From: a virus
Direction: 5' to 3' (one strand)
Virus record (IMG/VR): IMGVR_UViG_3300010389_000029
Location: 1 to 47,383 of that record
DNA: 47,383 bases
Positions 23,349 to 31,953 of this stretch are shown in pieces. The notes below the pieces were generated by a model. The model was not told where the DNA came from and ran no database searches. It was given only the letters and a program-made list of their open reading frames with translations. Each line of letters starts with the position of its first letter. Position 1 is the first letter of the stretch. The translations under genes and the position numbers were made by a program.

Positions 23349-25154
23349 TTATTTGTCATACACTGATGCTATGTGTGCGTCAACGCCCAAAGGCATGTCG
23401 GGTAGGGCTGGGTGACGTTTGCTCATTTCCTCTGTGACAAATTCCAAGGCGTCTTTGGCTTGGTCCTCTGGCACTTCGCAGATTAACTCATCGTGGACGT
23501 GCCATGCTGTTCGGATACCGCCTCGGTCGATTCGTAGCATGGCGGCGGCGAACACATCTCGGGCAGTGGCCTGAACGACGTTCTCAAACAACTTGGACCC
23601 CCAGAACCATTCACGAATATTCTTCCCCCGTTGGACACAGGCGTTTAGACCTGTCTTGCCGTTGACTGTTTGTTTGGCAACGTCGAAATATCGAAGCTTG
23701 CGTCCGGTTGGCAGGGTGACGACTAGCGAACCTTCCCCTGCGCTTTTCTGTAAGCTCTTTTCTAGTTTGTCCTTTACGCTATTTTTGAACCCGTGATCCA
23801 GCATGTTCCACATGGATACGAGCTTGGTGTTTGCGGATCGGTAATCGGATACGATTTTGCGGGACTCATCCTCTGCCAGGTCCATCCCAAACATCTTGGC
23901 GTAATCACGAAACCGGACATGCGACATACCATATCCCAAACCAAGCACGGCGATCTTGCTCCGTTGCCGCAGGTCGTTATCGACTTCCTTCAATGGACGA
24001 GGGTCTTTGTAACCGAGAGCTTTTCTGGCATATGCTTCGTATATATCCATGCCTTTTCCAACAAGCTCAAGGAACTCTGTATCACCGGCTATGGCTGCGG
24101 CGCATCGAGGTTCGATGTTGGATAGATCCGCAATGATAAACTTATGCCCGTCCCGAGGAACGAACAGATCTCGGACGGAAGCCCCAAACAACTCCCCTTT
24201 GGTGAGGTTCTGCATGTTGATCCCAGCGTCACCGGCCCAGCGACCTGTTACCCTGGCTCCGCAGTATTTCATGGAGAAGTGCAGTACGCCGCCTGTGTCC
24301 AACCGGTTCTGGATCGTTTGGAGGGTAGATAAGTGTTTGTTCAGGCGGCGTAGCTGCACAAACGCTTCCATGTAGGGAAATCTGTCAGCATTCTGTTGGC
24401 TCCACAGTGCCCACACTGGGTCATCGGCACTGGTGGTTTTAGGAAGGTTACCTGCACCATCAGCACATAGCTGGGTGCGAAGGGCTGCTTGGCTGAGAGC
24501 TGGTTTATCTGCTCTCCAAGGTATTTGATCGAGCAACTGGATCTGATGTGTCTGGACGGTTGCCAGGTAATCCTCCAGCAGTCTGGTGTTGATCTGCACT
24601 CCGTAGTCACCTTGTTCTACGGTCAACCCGGCCAAGTCCCATTCGTCCTGGGGGAGTTTATTATGAAACTTTGTGTATAACTCGTAGCACAATTCTGAGT
24701 CTGTCAGGGCGTAGTCACACAGGATCTGGTATCGTTCCGGTGTCAGCTGATCGAAGTGTTTCCCTGACATTTGTGTGCGGACGGTTTTGTCCGGTGTTTT
24801 ACCGAGGAGCACTTTGGCTGCGTTACCGAGATCCCTACTTACTTGTAGGTAAGCTGGTATGGCCGTTGTATCCCGCCATTTGGAAGGTCTCACGTCGTCG
24901 GGTATAACTCCCTGATCCCACAGACGATTGAGCACCCACCGGTCGAACTGCATGTTATGGGCGACCCAAGTCGCCCCTCGGAGTTGTTTCCAAGGGGCGT
25001 CTTGGGGTTTGCCAACGAAACGGACATCTGGTCCTACGATGCTGACCATACCGCAGTAGTAGTCTGGGTGACGGGTGTATGCCTCGGCCCCGAGTTCTTT
25101 CACTGAGACATTTTTATCGTAGTATGTCTCCGTATCGATGGCGTATGTTTTCAT
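23349..25154 (-). CDS. Family A DNA polymerase with a 3'-5' exonuclease domain
   Basis: Exo I AIDTETYY. Motif A IIADLSNIEPR. Motif B RQRSKIAVLGLGYG. Motif C VHDELICEV. Probable start MKTYAIDTE at 25154. Confidence 0.9.
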   Translation of the reverse strand: MKTYAIDTETYYDKNVSVKELGAEAYTRHPDYYCGMVSIVGPDVRFVGKPQDAPWKQLRGATWVAHNMQFDRWVLNRLWDQGVIPDDVRPSKWRDTTAIPAYLQVSRDLGNAAKVLLGKTPDKTVRTQMSGKHFDQLTPERYQILCDYALTDSELCYELYTKFHNKLPQDEWDLAGLTVEQGDYGVQINTRLLEDYLATVQTHQIQLLDQIPWRADKPALSQAALRTQLCADGAGNLPKTTSADDPVWALWSQQNADRFPYMEAFVQLRRLNKHLSTLQTIQNRLDTGGVLHFSMKYCGARVTGRWAGDAGINMQNLTKGELFGASVRDLFVPRDGHKFIIADLSNIEPRCAAAIAGDTEFLELVGKGMDIYEAYARKALGYKDPRPLKEVDNDLRQRSKIAVLGLGYGMSHVRFRDYAKMFGMDLAEDESRKIVSDYRSANTKLVSMWNMLDHGFKNSVKDKLEKSLQKSAGEGSLVVTLPTGRKLRYFDVAKQTVNGKTGLNACVQRGKNIREWFWGSKLFENVVQATARDVFAAAMLRIDRGGIRTAWHVHDELICEVPEDQAKDALEFVTEEMSKRHPALPDMPLGVDAHIASVYDK

Positions 25155-25807
25155 CAGATAACCTCGTTTTCGATCCACTCACGGATTTTGGCATCGGTGG
25201 CTCCCTGATTGGTCACAACAGGAACATACCATTTGTTTTTCCCGTTGTCCTTCTGCTCGGAAGACAAGGCCCATGTCAGTGCATACGGAATACCACCGGC
25301 GTTTTTACCGTTGGTTGCGGTGAAGATCCGTTTGGCGTTGTTGTATGCCGTGGATTTGAATGTGTAGACGCATTTGACGTAGCCTTGTCCGTTGAACTCG
25401 TAGTGGGCGTGTTCCAAGTCGATTGGAACCAGCAGAACGAGGTCACATCGTGGGCTAAACCTTGCCCCATTGCCGTTCTCCCATTTCAAAACAGCTCCGT
25501 CGGCGCGAGCATCCTTCTCGGAGTTCCAGCGTCGTGGCATGTCGTCGCTGCCATACTCAACATCCTCCTCATAGTATTTGTGCATACTAAGCACATACAC
25601 TGTGTGCGTCTCAAACTTCTTACCAATCTGAACCTGGCGATCGTATACGAAGGATCCATTTTCGAATTCCTCCATATTACTGACTGCCTGAACCAATGAC
25701 AAACGTGGGATGGATACGTCCTCTTTACCCCAGTCTCCAGTCATGTAGCCTTTGGTGTCGGATTGTGTTGCGAGTTCTGTGTTCTTATTAGATAGATCTA
25801 ATTCCAT
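25154..25807 (-). CDS. Hypothetical protein, possible ssDNA-binding protein by position (DUF2815-like slot)
   Basis: 217-aa ORF between the PD-(D/E)XK nuclease and the DNA polymerase, as in the known nuclease-SSB-PolA phage module. The sequence itself is not diagnostic to me. Confidence 0.4.
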   Translation of the reverse strand: MELDLSNKNTELATQSDTKGYMTGDWGKEDVSIPRLSLVQAVSNMEEFENGSFVYDRQVQIGKKFETHTVYVLSMHKYYEEDVEYGSDDMPRRWNSEKDARADGAVLKWENGNGARFSPRCDLVLLVPIDLEHAHYEFNGQGYVKCVYTFKSTAYNNAKRIFTATNGKNAGGIPYALTWALSSEQKDNGKNKWYVPVVTNQGATDAKIREWIENEVI

Positions 25808-26052
25808 GATGTATTACTTTCTTCTTGTTGTTTTTGTTGTATAGCCTCGGCCATTATTGAGGCTACAAAATCTACGCATTCGGCATGCTGAGTTACCGGT
25901 ATATCGATTGCGACGAGTAGCGGGACCAATAGTTCGTGGAATAATTCCCTGACTTCTTCAACAGTGTCTGGCTGCTCAAACTGACTAAGTTCCTCGTTGA
26001 TCCAAGTTGTGCTGCTTTGCAGGACCACCAACTGCCCTTTGGTAAGTATCAT
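25798..26052 (-). CDS. Small acidic hypothetical protein (84 aa)
   Basis: Track ORF. ATGA overlap with the nuclease gene. Confidence 0.5.
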   Translation of the reverse strand: MILTKGQLVVLQSSTTWINEELSQFEQPDTVEEVRELFHELLVPLLVAIDIPVTQHAECVDFVASIMAEAIQQKQQEESNTSWN

Positions 26053-27098
26053 TTCCGTTTAGCGATGACTTCGGTTGGTTCAGACTGCTCGATGGCAGTG
26101 GCGCAGGAATCAAGGAACTCATCCCAGTGACGGGTTTTCTTGCCCTTGGGGGCAGTGTCCTTGATGAGGTTACCAAGTGATGTCAAACTGAGGGTGAGGC
26201 ACTTGTCGAAGTCCTTTGGTCTGACCCCCTGTCCCGCTGCCTTTTCCCTGATCAGATCAATATCCACCACTTGCTTTCGACCTGCCCGTTGTTGCAGGTA
26301 GTAGTTACCCACTTGATAGCCCTCTTCCAACAGCTGCTTGGCACTGGATGCAACAGCCTTGTCCCATTCATCCAGGAACTTTTTCACGATGGGCCGCAGG
26401 TCGAGAGCCTTTTCCAGATCCATTGGCTGCGACAGATCCCAGTCAGGTCGGATCGTTGGTAACAGGTCCGCTTGGTGTTTGGCCGCAGCGAATTTGCTGT
26501 AGGCTTCTTGGCAGGTTCCGATGTGACTGCAATACTGGCAGTTTGTCGATGCTTTACGTTGGCCGGTCCCAGCTCGTTCCTGAACCATCTTGGTTCGGTT
26601 ACGAATGGTCGATACATTGGCGCGGGTGTAGGTATGGCGGGTGACCTCGTCCCGACGAGGTGCGATCATCGCCACGACAATGGTGTCCACTTGGGGGAAC
26701 TTGTCGAAGAGCTTCAGGGTGTAGTCTTGGAACTGAATGTTTACGTTTGGGTCATCCACCTTGTGGAATCCGAACTTGTAATCAATCAACAAACCTACCT
26801 TGTCGTTCAGGGCAAAGTGATCGACCATCCCGGCGTATTCCCCGGCGATTTTCAGGATCAGTTCCTTGTGGACAGTTGGTTCTGCGTCACCGAACACATC
26901 GGTCATCAGGTCGGTCCTTGCCTGACAGGCACGCTCATACATCCACATTTCGTCCTCCTCGATCTTGGACAGGTTGCCGGTTTCCATGGCTTCATGGAGT
27001 CGGCTTCCTGCCTCGGTAACTGGATGGACTTCGGTTTGTTCTGGCTGCTCGAAATCAGAGCAGATCTCAATATATTTTAGGCTGCTTGGTCTTATCAT
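26049..27098 (-). CDS. Cas4/RecB-like PD-(D/E)XK exonuclease (DUF2800-like) with a four-Cys cluster
   Basis: GLLIDYKFG core. N-terminal Cys (EICSDF) plus C-terminal CQYCSHIGTC, the spacing seen in Fe-S nucleases. Confidence 0.7.
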   Translation of the reverse strand: MIRPSSLKYIEICSDFEQPEQTEVHPVTEAGSRLHEAMETGNLSKIEEDEMWMYERACQARTDLMTDVFGDAEPTVHKELILKIAGEYAGMVDHFALNDKVGLLIDYKFGFHKVDDPNVNIQFQDYTLKLFDKFPQVDTIVVAMIAPRRDEVTRHTYTRANVSTIRNRTKMVQERAGTGQRKASTNCQYCSHIGTCQEAYSKFAAAKHQADLLPTIRPDWDLSQPMDLEKALDLRPIVKKFLDEWDKAVASSAKQLLEEGYQVGNYYLQQRAGRKQVVDIDLIREKAAGQGVRPKDFDKCLTLSLTSLGNLIKDTAPKGKKTRHWDEFLDSCATAIEQSEPTEVIAKRK

Positions 27099-27228
27099 TA
27101 CGTTTTATCAATTTTAGTTTTATGCATTGTTCTGTTGTTTTCTGGAAGGCGGTGACGTAGTCCCATCCCTTCGGGAAATACTTGGCGATGTCTGCCCATC
27201 TGTAGGGCGGTTTTCCTATTGTAGCCAT
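27067..27228 (-). CDS. Small hypothetical protein (53 aa)
   Basis: Internal ATG (MATIGKPPYRWADIAKYF...) of the track ORF. It overlaps the nuclease start by 32 nt. Confidence 0.4.
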   Translation of the reverse strand: MATIGKPPYRWADIAKYFPKGWDYVTAFQKTTEQCIKLKLIKRNDKTKQPKIY

Positions 27229-27286
27229 GATAGATCGTTGGTTTCGCTCATGACCGCTGTCTGCGGCCAATGTATTTTGTTTTGGA

Positions 27287-28267
27287 TCATAAATCTTCTA
27301 TGGGTTCTCCATCATAATCTGTGAATGTATCTTTCTCGGTAGATCTAAAACTACCGCTATTCCTGTATAACTCGCGTTCTTTTTCGAGGTTAAAATAAGG
27401 ATTTATGGGATAAAAACTTTTGGTTTCGTGGAGGTGTTTTAGTTCTATTTCCTCCATTTTTTTAAATATCTTCTCGCCCTTAGCCTGGTCGTCGTAGTCA
27501 ACGGTTTTATATCGGCGCAAAGGAATAAACTCGTTCAAGAAAGGGTTCCATGTTGAGTTTGACATGTTGTAGTGGTAGAACTTGTCTTCATACACGACAC
27601 AATTTTTGTCATACCACATCTTGTCTTTATATCCTGCGATTTCTAATCGCACACCAAGGTTACAGTCTTCTATACCTCTTCTAGCACAGAATTCGTCATA
27701 GCCTCCTATTTTGTTGAGATACTCGACAGGTAGTCCTGAGTTACTGCCAAAGACCCAGCCTCCTGTTATAGGGATAGGATTATTGTCTGGTTGGTGAGAA
27801 ACTCTTACGTCTTGGTCTCCACAAATTCGATGGTCTACCTCCCCGTTAGGTAATACTTTGAGATCACGAACCATTTTAAATTGACCAGCCAAGATCTTAC
27901 CATCTTTGGCCGCGATCTCATGATACTCTCTCCAATTGTTGTGGACGGCGGACAGATCATCCAAAAAAACAATGTATGGTTTTGTTGCTACTATTATTGC
28001 CGTATTTCTTGCGGCACTTGTGTCTGCAAAATCACGCTTAGTCTTCCGATGGATACCTCTCCAAATTGAAGGTTTAGGGGGTAGATGGATTAGATCGAAT
28101 CTGCCGTTTAGAAGGGTTGCCACTTCTGTTTTTCGGTTGGGATAATAATCTAGCCAATGATCGATGAGTATAACCTCGTCTCCTTGTTTTAACTGAGGGG
28201 AAATGCTATCGAAAAATAAATCCAAACGAGGATCCAATCGCGCTGTGATGTATGCTATGGAAATCAT
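27287..28267 (-). CDS. GT-A fold glycosyltransferase (GT2-like)
   Basis: Starts MISIAYITARLD. AARNTAI and FLDDL (DxD-type) motifs. Noticeably AT-rich. Confidence 0.65.
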   Translation of the reverse strand: MISIAYITARLDPRLDLFFDSISPQLKQGDEVILIDHWLDYYPNRKTEVATLLNGRFDLIHLPPKPSIWRGIHRKTKRDFADTSAARNTAIIVATKPYIVFLDDLSAVHNNWREYHEIAAKDGKILAGQFKMVRDLKVLPNGEVDHRICGDQDVRVSHQPDNNPIPITGGWVFGSNSGLPVEYLNKIGGYDEFCARRGIEDCNLGVRLEIAGYKDKMWYDKNCVVYEDKFYHYNMSNSTWNPFLNEFIPLRRYKTVDYDDQAKGEKIFKKMEEIELKHLHETKSFYPINPYFNLEKERELYRNSGSFRSTEKDTFTDYDGEPIEDL

Positions 28268-28875
28268 AGTGCCAGTTCCGTGTCTGCCTGACCAGCTATG
28301 CTTGGTAGCACTGTGTATGCGTTAAGGTGCTTGTAACTCTGTCGTAGCATCTGGACATCAATGCGTCCTTGAACCATTCGGTTTGTCTCTAATAATATAT
28401 CGAGTGCGCGGCGTTTAATCATATACCAGTGGAGGCAAAGTGCTCCACCCTTGTATAGATTGTCGGTGATCTTTTCCAAATCAAGACCCAGGGTACAGCA
28501 GTTGCCGAATTGAACTATATCCCAATCGCCGGGTAAGTCCTCCATGACATCATGGTAAATCTTGCTCCAGTTTTCTTTGAACCTGAAATCATCTTCGATA
28601 ATTGTCCACATGGAGTCGTTTTGGTTTCGCTCTGATGCCATTTTAAGACTTGCCCACAAACCCCAATGTGTAAGGTGTTGTCCTATAGCTTTGCCCCTGA
28701 GTTCCTCTGGATCTCCATAGTAGGTTACGTCCTTAAACTCTCGTATTTTTAGACCCCGCCCGTTGAAGCCAAAGTAATAACTCCACGAAGGCACATTATT
28801 CTCGCGGAGATGTTCTTCTAGTAAGGTCAGCTTTTCCTGTTTCTGTCCCCAAAAGGACACAATGATAGGTATCAT
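28264..28875 (-). CDS. Glycosyltransferase family 25-like
   Basis: IGQHLTHWGLW, TIIEDDFRF, WDIVQFG and WYMIKRRAL follow the GT25 (LgtB/Lic2B, collagen galactosyltransferase) pattern. Confidence 0.65.
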   Translation of the reverse strand: MIPIIVSFWGQKQEKLTLLEEHLRENNVPSWSYYFGFNGRGLKIREFKDVTYYGDPEELRGKAIGQHLTHWGLWASLKMASERNQNDSMWTIIEDDFRFKENWSKIYHDVMEDLPGDWDIVQFGNCCTLGLDLEKITDNLYKGGALCLHWYMIKRRALDILLETNRMVQGRIDVQMLRQSYKHLNAYTVLPSIAGQADTELAL

Positions 28876-30140
28876 ATCCTAAAATCTTCGTCTGTTAGTG
28901 ACCCCAAGTTGGCAAACTTGCGGTTCAGGTTCTGTTCTATTTCTTCTTCCACGGTTTCCGCTACGAGCGGAACCACAAATCTACAAGGCGACTTCGATCC
29001 GTCCCTGAAGGTCCGTCCCGTTGCCTGTCGAAACAACGTCGCGCTATCCGTCAGGTTCAGGATCGCGGTCCTTGGGGCGTTGCCGACGGTGTCCTGGAGG
29101 TTTAGCCCAACTCCACCTGACTGTAGCTGGACGATCAGTCCATCCAACTTACCGGCTTGGAACTTGTCCACGACGTCCTGTCGTTTTTGTCCTGTGACAC
29201 GACCGTCCACAATCCCAAACGTAGGCCCATGTAGTTTCTGTAATGTGTCCACTGTATCTGTGAAGTTCACGAAGTGAAGCACTTTTTGTCCTGCTTCCAA
29301 AAATTCTTCTGCCAGCTCATAGAGTTGCTGGATTTTCTCATGCTCGATGATCTGACGGCATCGGAGTCTGGCTACGATGGCATGCTCTGTTTCCTGCATA
29401 TACGTAGCGAGCAGTTCGGTATATGCTTGGTTGATCGCTTTGCAGTTGTCTCCATTGATCATTCTGGTCTGGAGTTTGAACTCAGGTAAATCCCCTACCT
29501 CAGATATACTGGTGCGATCTGTCCTGTCGGAGATCTGGAGTCTTAGTTCACCCATAAATTGTTCCCCTCCGACATACTCCATACCTCCAAATCGGCCAGG
29601 CCTACAACCTCCAACTGACAGACACCAATTCCACCACTTGGTTCGGTGGACGAGTTTCAACGCATGCCCGATAGCCTTGAACTGCGTTGTGTCCTCAAAT
29701 GGCGTGGCACTGAGCATCAGCACCGAGTAACCGGCATCTACGCAGTCTGTCAGGAGTTTGGAGTTCTGTGACTTCGGGCTACGGCACGCATGCACTTCGT
29801 CGAAGATCCACAACGTCCCTCGCGGGACAGTGAACTTGAACTGCTTACGTTTGTCACCGTGCTTGGTAATACCTTTGGCGGTTCCACGAATGCATTTCTG
29901 GTAGGACTCGCATATCTGGATTTGAACTCCCAATTTACGAGCCACATCCTGCCACTGAGCCTTTGTCACGGCGGGACACACGATTGCGACTGGACGTTGC
30001 TGTCGTTGGGCGATGAACAAAGCCTTCCACGTCTTGCCTGTTCCCATGTCTGACATGTCCAGTGCGGCCTGGTATTTATCGAGCGACTGGGACAGTTTCC
30101 CGATTCCAGATTCCTGATAGGGTCGTGGTTCGTATGTCAT
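28872..30140 (-). CDS. SNF2/DEAD-like superfamily 2 helicase
   Basis: Walker A DMGTGKT, FDEVH box, LSATP motif III, and a C-terminal helicase domain (LIVQLQSGGVGLNLQ). Confidence 0.8.
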   Translation of the reverse strand: MTYEPRPYQESGIGKLSQSLDKYQAALDMSDMGTGKTWKALFIAQRQQRPVAIVCPAVTKAQWQDVARKLGVQIQICESYQKCIRGTAKGITKHGDKRKQFKFTVPRGTLWIFDEVHACRSPKSQNSKLLTDCVDAGYSVLMLSATPFEDTTQFKAIGHALKLVHRTKWWNWCLSVGGCRPGRFGGMEYVGGEQFMGELRLQISDRTDRTSISEVGDLPEFKLQTRMINGDNCKAINQAYTELLATYMQETEHAIVARLRCRQIIEHEKIQQLYELAEEFLEAGQKVLHFVNFTDTVDTLQKLHGPTFGIVDGRVTGQKRQDVVDKFQAGKLDGLIVQLQSGGVGLNLQDTVGNAPRTAILNLTDSATLFRQATGRTFRDGSKSPCRFVVPLVAETVEEEIEQNLNRKFANLGSLTDEDFRI

Positions 30141-31225
30141 AGCAGCTTCAGGAATTCTTCGGTTTTGTCCTGTGTCATCAGACCCATGTAATGTTTGCGT
30201 AGCACTCCTGGAGTATTGCCCAGTTGAATAGCCACTTCGTCCATGGACCTGTATACATTAATCATGTGGCTGGCGGCAGTGTGTCTGAGGCAGTCCTTTT
30301 CCAGCCTGACTCCCGCTTTTGTAGCGATCCTTTGCAGGTCTGACTGGGGATATTTAGGGCATAAATGCAGCGCATTTGTTTTCTTCAAAGCCTCGGCTGC
30401 ATTGCCTAAAAGGTGTGTGATCCTTCGGCTACGGGTTTTGGTGACATTACCATCCAATGTAACAGTGCCGTTATCGAGGTCTATGTTACTCCATTTTAAA
30501 CGCATGACTTCGTTTGGTCTGACCCCTGCAAACAAACTCAGGATCAAATAGCACCTGAGTATTGGTTTGTTTTCGGATTCAACAAGAAGCTTTTGAACAT
30601 CTTCGTTACTCAGAACGTATGGAGTTTTCTGATCGATCTTAGGTAGATCCAATCGCTTGGCTGGGTTAAAGTCCACATGTCCCAGACGCTTCGCCCAACT
30701 GAAGAATGAGCTGGCATTACTGATGTATTTAATGTAGCTCCGAGGGGCTTTGCCCATAGACTTGGCCCATTGGTCGATGTCGGTTGGCCGCACCAATCGG
30801 ACAGGGGTGTCCCTCCCGAGTTTGTCCCATAGACTGTTTAGGGTCTCCAGACTCTGAATGGAGCTGGGTCGAAGCTTGTGTGATCGTTTGAGATCTATGA
30901 ACTCAGAAAACAGCTCCCCGACGGATACTGCTTTACTGTTGTGTTTCTTGAAGAATTCCCAGACGGACAGGATGTCTGTGTTAAAGTCCTCCATTTCCAA
31001 GAGGATCTGCATCACAATGGATCTTTCCTTGGGCTTTAGGACTTCAAACGCATTGCCCAGTTGGATGAACTGGACTCTGACATCCTTTTGAAATTGGTAA
31101 GCTTCGGATACGTCCCTGAACTTCCTGCATCTTTGCTTGCCTCCTGCGTAGTATGAGACTCTGAAGGTACGTCGGCCTTTGGCGTCTGTTTCTGGACGAG
31201 GTATTGCTGACGGTAGGTTTTGCAT
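30137..31225 (-). CDS. int: Tyrosine recombinase (phage integrase)
   Basis: GVRPNEVMRLKW (Arg), LRHTAASHM (H-x-x-R region) and GVLRKHYMG (Tyr). Confidence 0.85.
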   Translation of the reverse strand: MQNLPSAIPRPETDAKGRRTFRVSYYAGGKQRCRKFRDVSEAYQFQKDVRVQFIQLGNAFEVLKPKERSIVMQILLEMEDFNTDILSVWEFFKKHNSKAVSVGELFSEFIDLKRSHKLRPSSIQSLETLNSLWDKLGRDTPVRLVRPTDIDQWAKSMGKAPRSYIKYISNASSFFSWAKRLGHVDFNPAKRLDLPKIDQKTPYVLSNEDVQKLLVESENKPILRCYLILSLFAGVRPNEVMRLKWSNIDLDNGTVTLDGNVTKTRSRRITHLLGNAAEALKKTNALHLCPKYPQSDLQRIATKAGVRLEKDCLRHTAASHMINVYRSMDEVAIQLGNTPGVLRKHYMGLMTQDKTEEFLKLL

Positions 31226-31231
31226 ACCGTC

Positions 31232-31267
31232 AACGTAGTTTCACTCAGATATATTTGTCAAACAAAT
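31232..31267 (-). promoter_or_regulatory. Promoter ATTTGTTTGACA -18 nt- TACGTT, with the integrase ATG 6 nt after the -10 (leaderless-type)
   Basis: Plus-strand tgtcaa at 31256..31261 and aacgta at 31232..31237. No Shine-Dalgarno. The -35 overlaps the stop codon of the lipoprotein gene. Confidence 0.55.
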
Positions 31268-31707
31268 TTACCAAGTATTTTTTGGATCATTTCTTGGGAT
31301 CCATTTGTGCGTTGTTCGCGCACGACAGTTTCTTTAGCGGCTTGGGCCTTGGCTGCATCAAGCTGCTTGAGCTCTCTTTTGAAGGTCTGGGCAGCGGACA
31401 CACCGCTGACTGCTGCTTTCTTCCATTGTCTTCCGCGCAGATGTGCTCCTATACCCAGTGCTGCGATCAGAGCGTTGGCTGCTAACCCTGCCCATGGAAA
31501 CGGAGCAACATCCCCGGCTACCTGTATGCCTCCCCTGATCGAAGGGTTCAACACCCAGCCGTTTGTCGAGACGACAGGGTAGTTGCCGCTGGGTGTAGCG
31601 ACGATGTTGGTCGTCACGACCGGATCGTATATAGCATTGCCAAGCGAGTCGAGCTGCTTGCACCCAGTCACTAGGACGATTAAGACTGCAACAGATAGCG
31701 GTTTCAT
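31258..31707 (-). CDS. Lipoprotein with an internal transmembrane segment and a C-terminal coiled coil (spanin-like or exclusion protein candidate)
   Basis: MKPLSVAVLIVLVTGC lipobox. Hydrophobic PWAGLAANALIAALGIGAHL. The ATG at 31707 overlaps the upstream stop (ATGA); the track start at 31800 is probably too far upstream. Confidence 0.6.
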   Translation of the reverse strand: MKPLSVAVLIVLVTGCKQLDSLGNAIYDPVVTTNIVATPSGNYPVVSTNGWVLNPSIRGGIQVAGDVAPFPWAGLAANALIAALGIGAHLRGRQWKKAAVSGVSAAQTFKRELKQLDAAKAQAAKETVVREQRTNGSQEMIQKILGKFV

Positions 31708-31853
31708 TTTGCGAGTAGCTGTCGGATTTTGAGACTGATGTAGATCAAGGATGCCACGCTGATCGCGAGCTGCAAAACTATATCGATGTTGACAGCCCAA
31801 TTCAGCAAACCAGCCACGGCTGCAAATCCCACCTTCAGATCATCAACGTTCAC
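31704..31853 (-). CDS. Possible 49-aa membrane protein (holin-like candidate), GTG start
   Basis: VNVDDLKVGFAAVAGLLNWAVNIDIVLQLAISVASLIYISLKIRQLLAK. GTGA and ATGA overlaps with its neighbours. Confidence 0.4.
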   Translation of the reverse strand: MNVDDLKVGFAAVAGLLNWAVNIDIVLQLAISVASLIYISLKIRQLLAK

Positions 31854-31948
31854 TTTTTGCCCTTGCGTTTTTGTTTGGCGCGAGCTTTCTTTGCAGCAGC
31901 TTTCCCTGCTTTCGTATACGGATAATGTTTAGAACCAACTTTAGGCAT
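31850..31948 (-). CDS. Possible 32-aa highly basic peptide
   Basis: MPKVGSKHYPYTKAGKAAAKKARAKQKRKGKK. It starts 5 nt after the upstream stop. Confidence 0.35.
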   Translation of the reverse strand: MPKVGSKHYPYTKAGKAAAKKARAKQKRKGKK

Positions 31949-31953
31949 AATCT

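Noticed and set aside
25079-25699. 206-aa plus-strand ORF; also 35128..35940, 26472..27080, 11673..12380, 46517..47077, 2047..2691, 19773..20291 and 649..999
   Set aside because: All are antisense or out of frame within well-supported minus-strand genes (polymerase, capsid, nuclease, giant protein and others). They have skewed, low-complexity compositions and are shadow ORFs.
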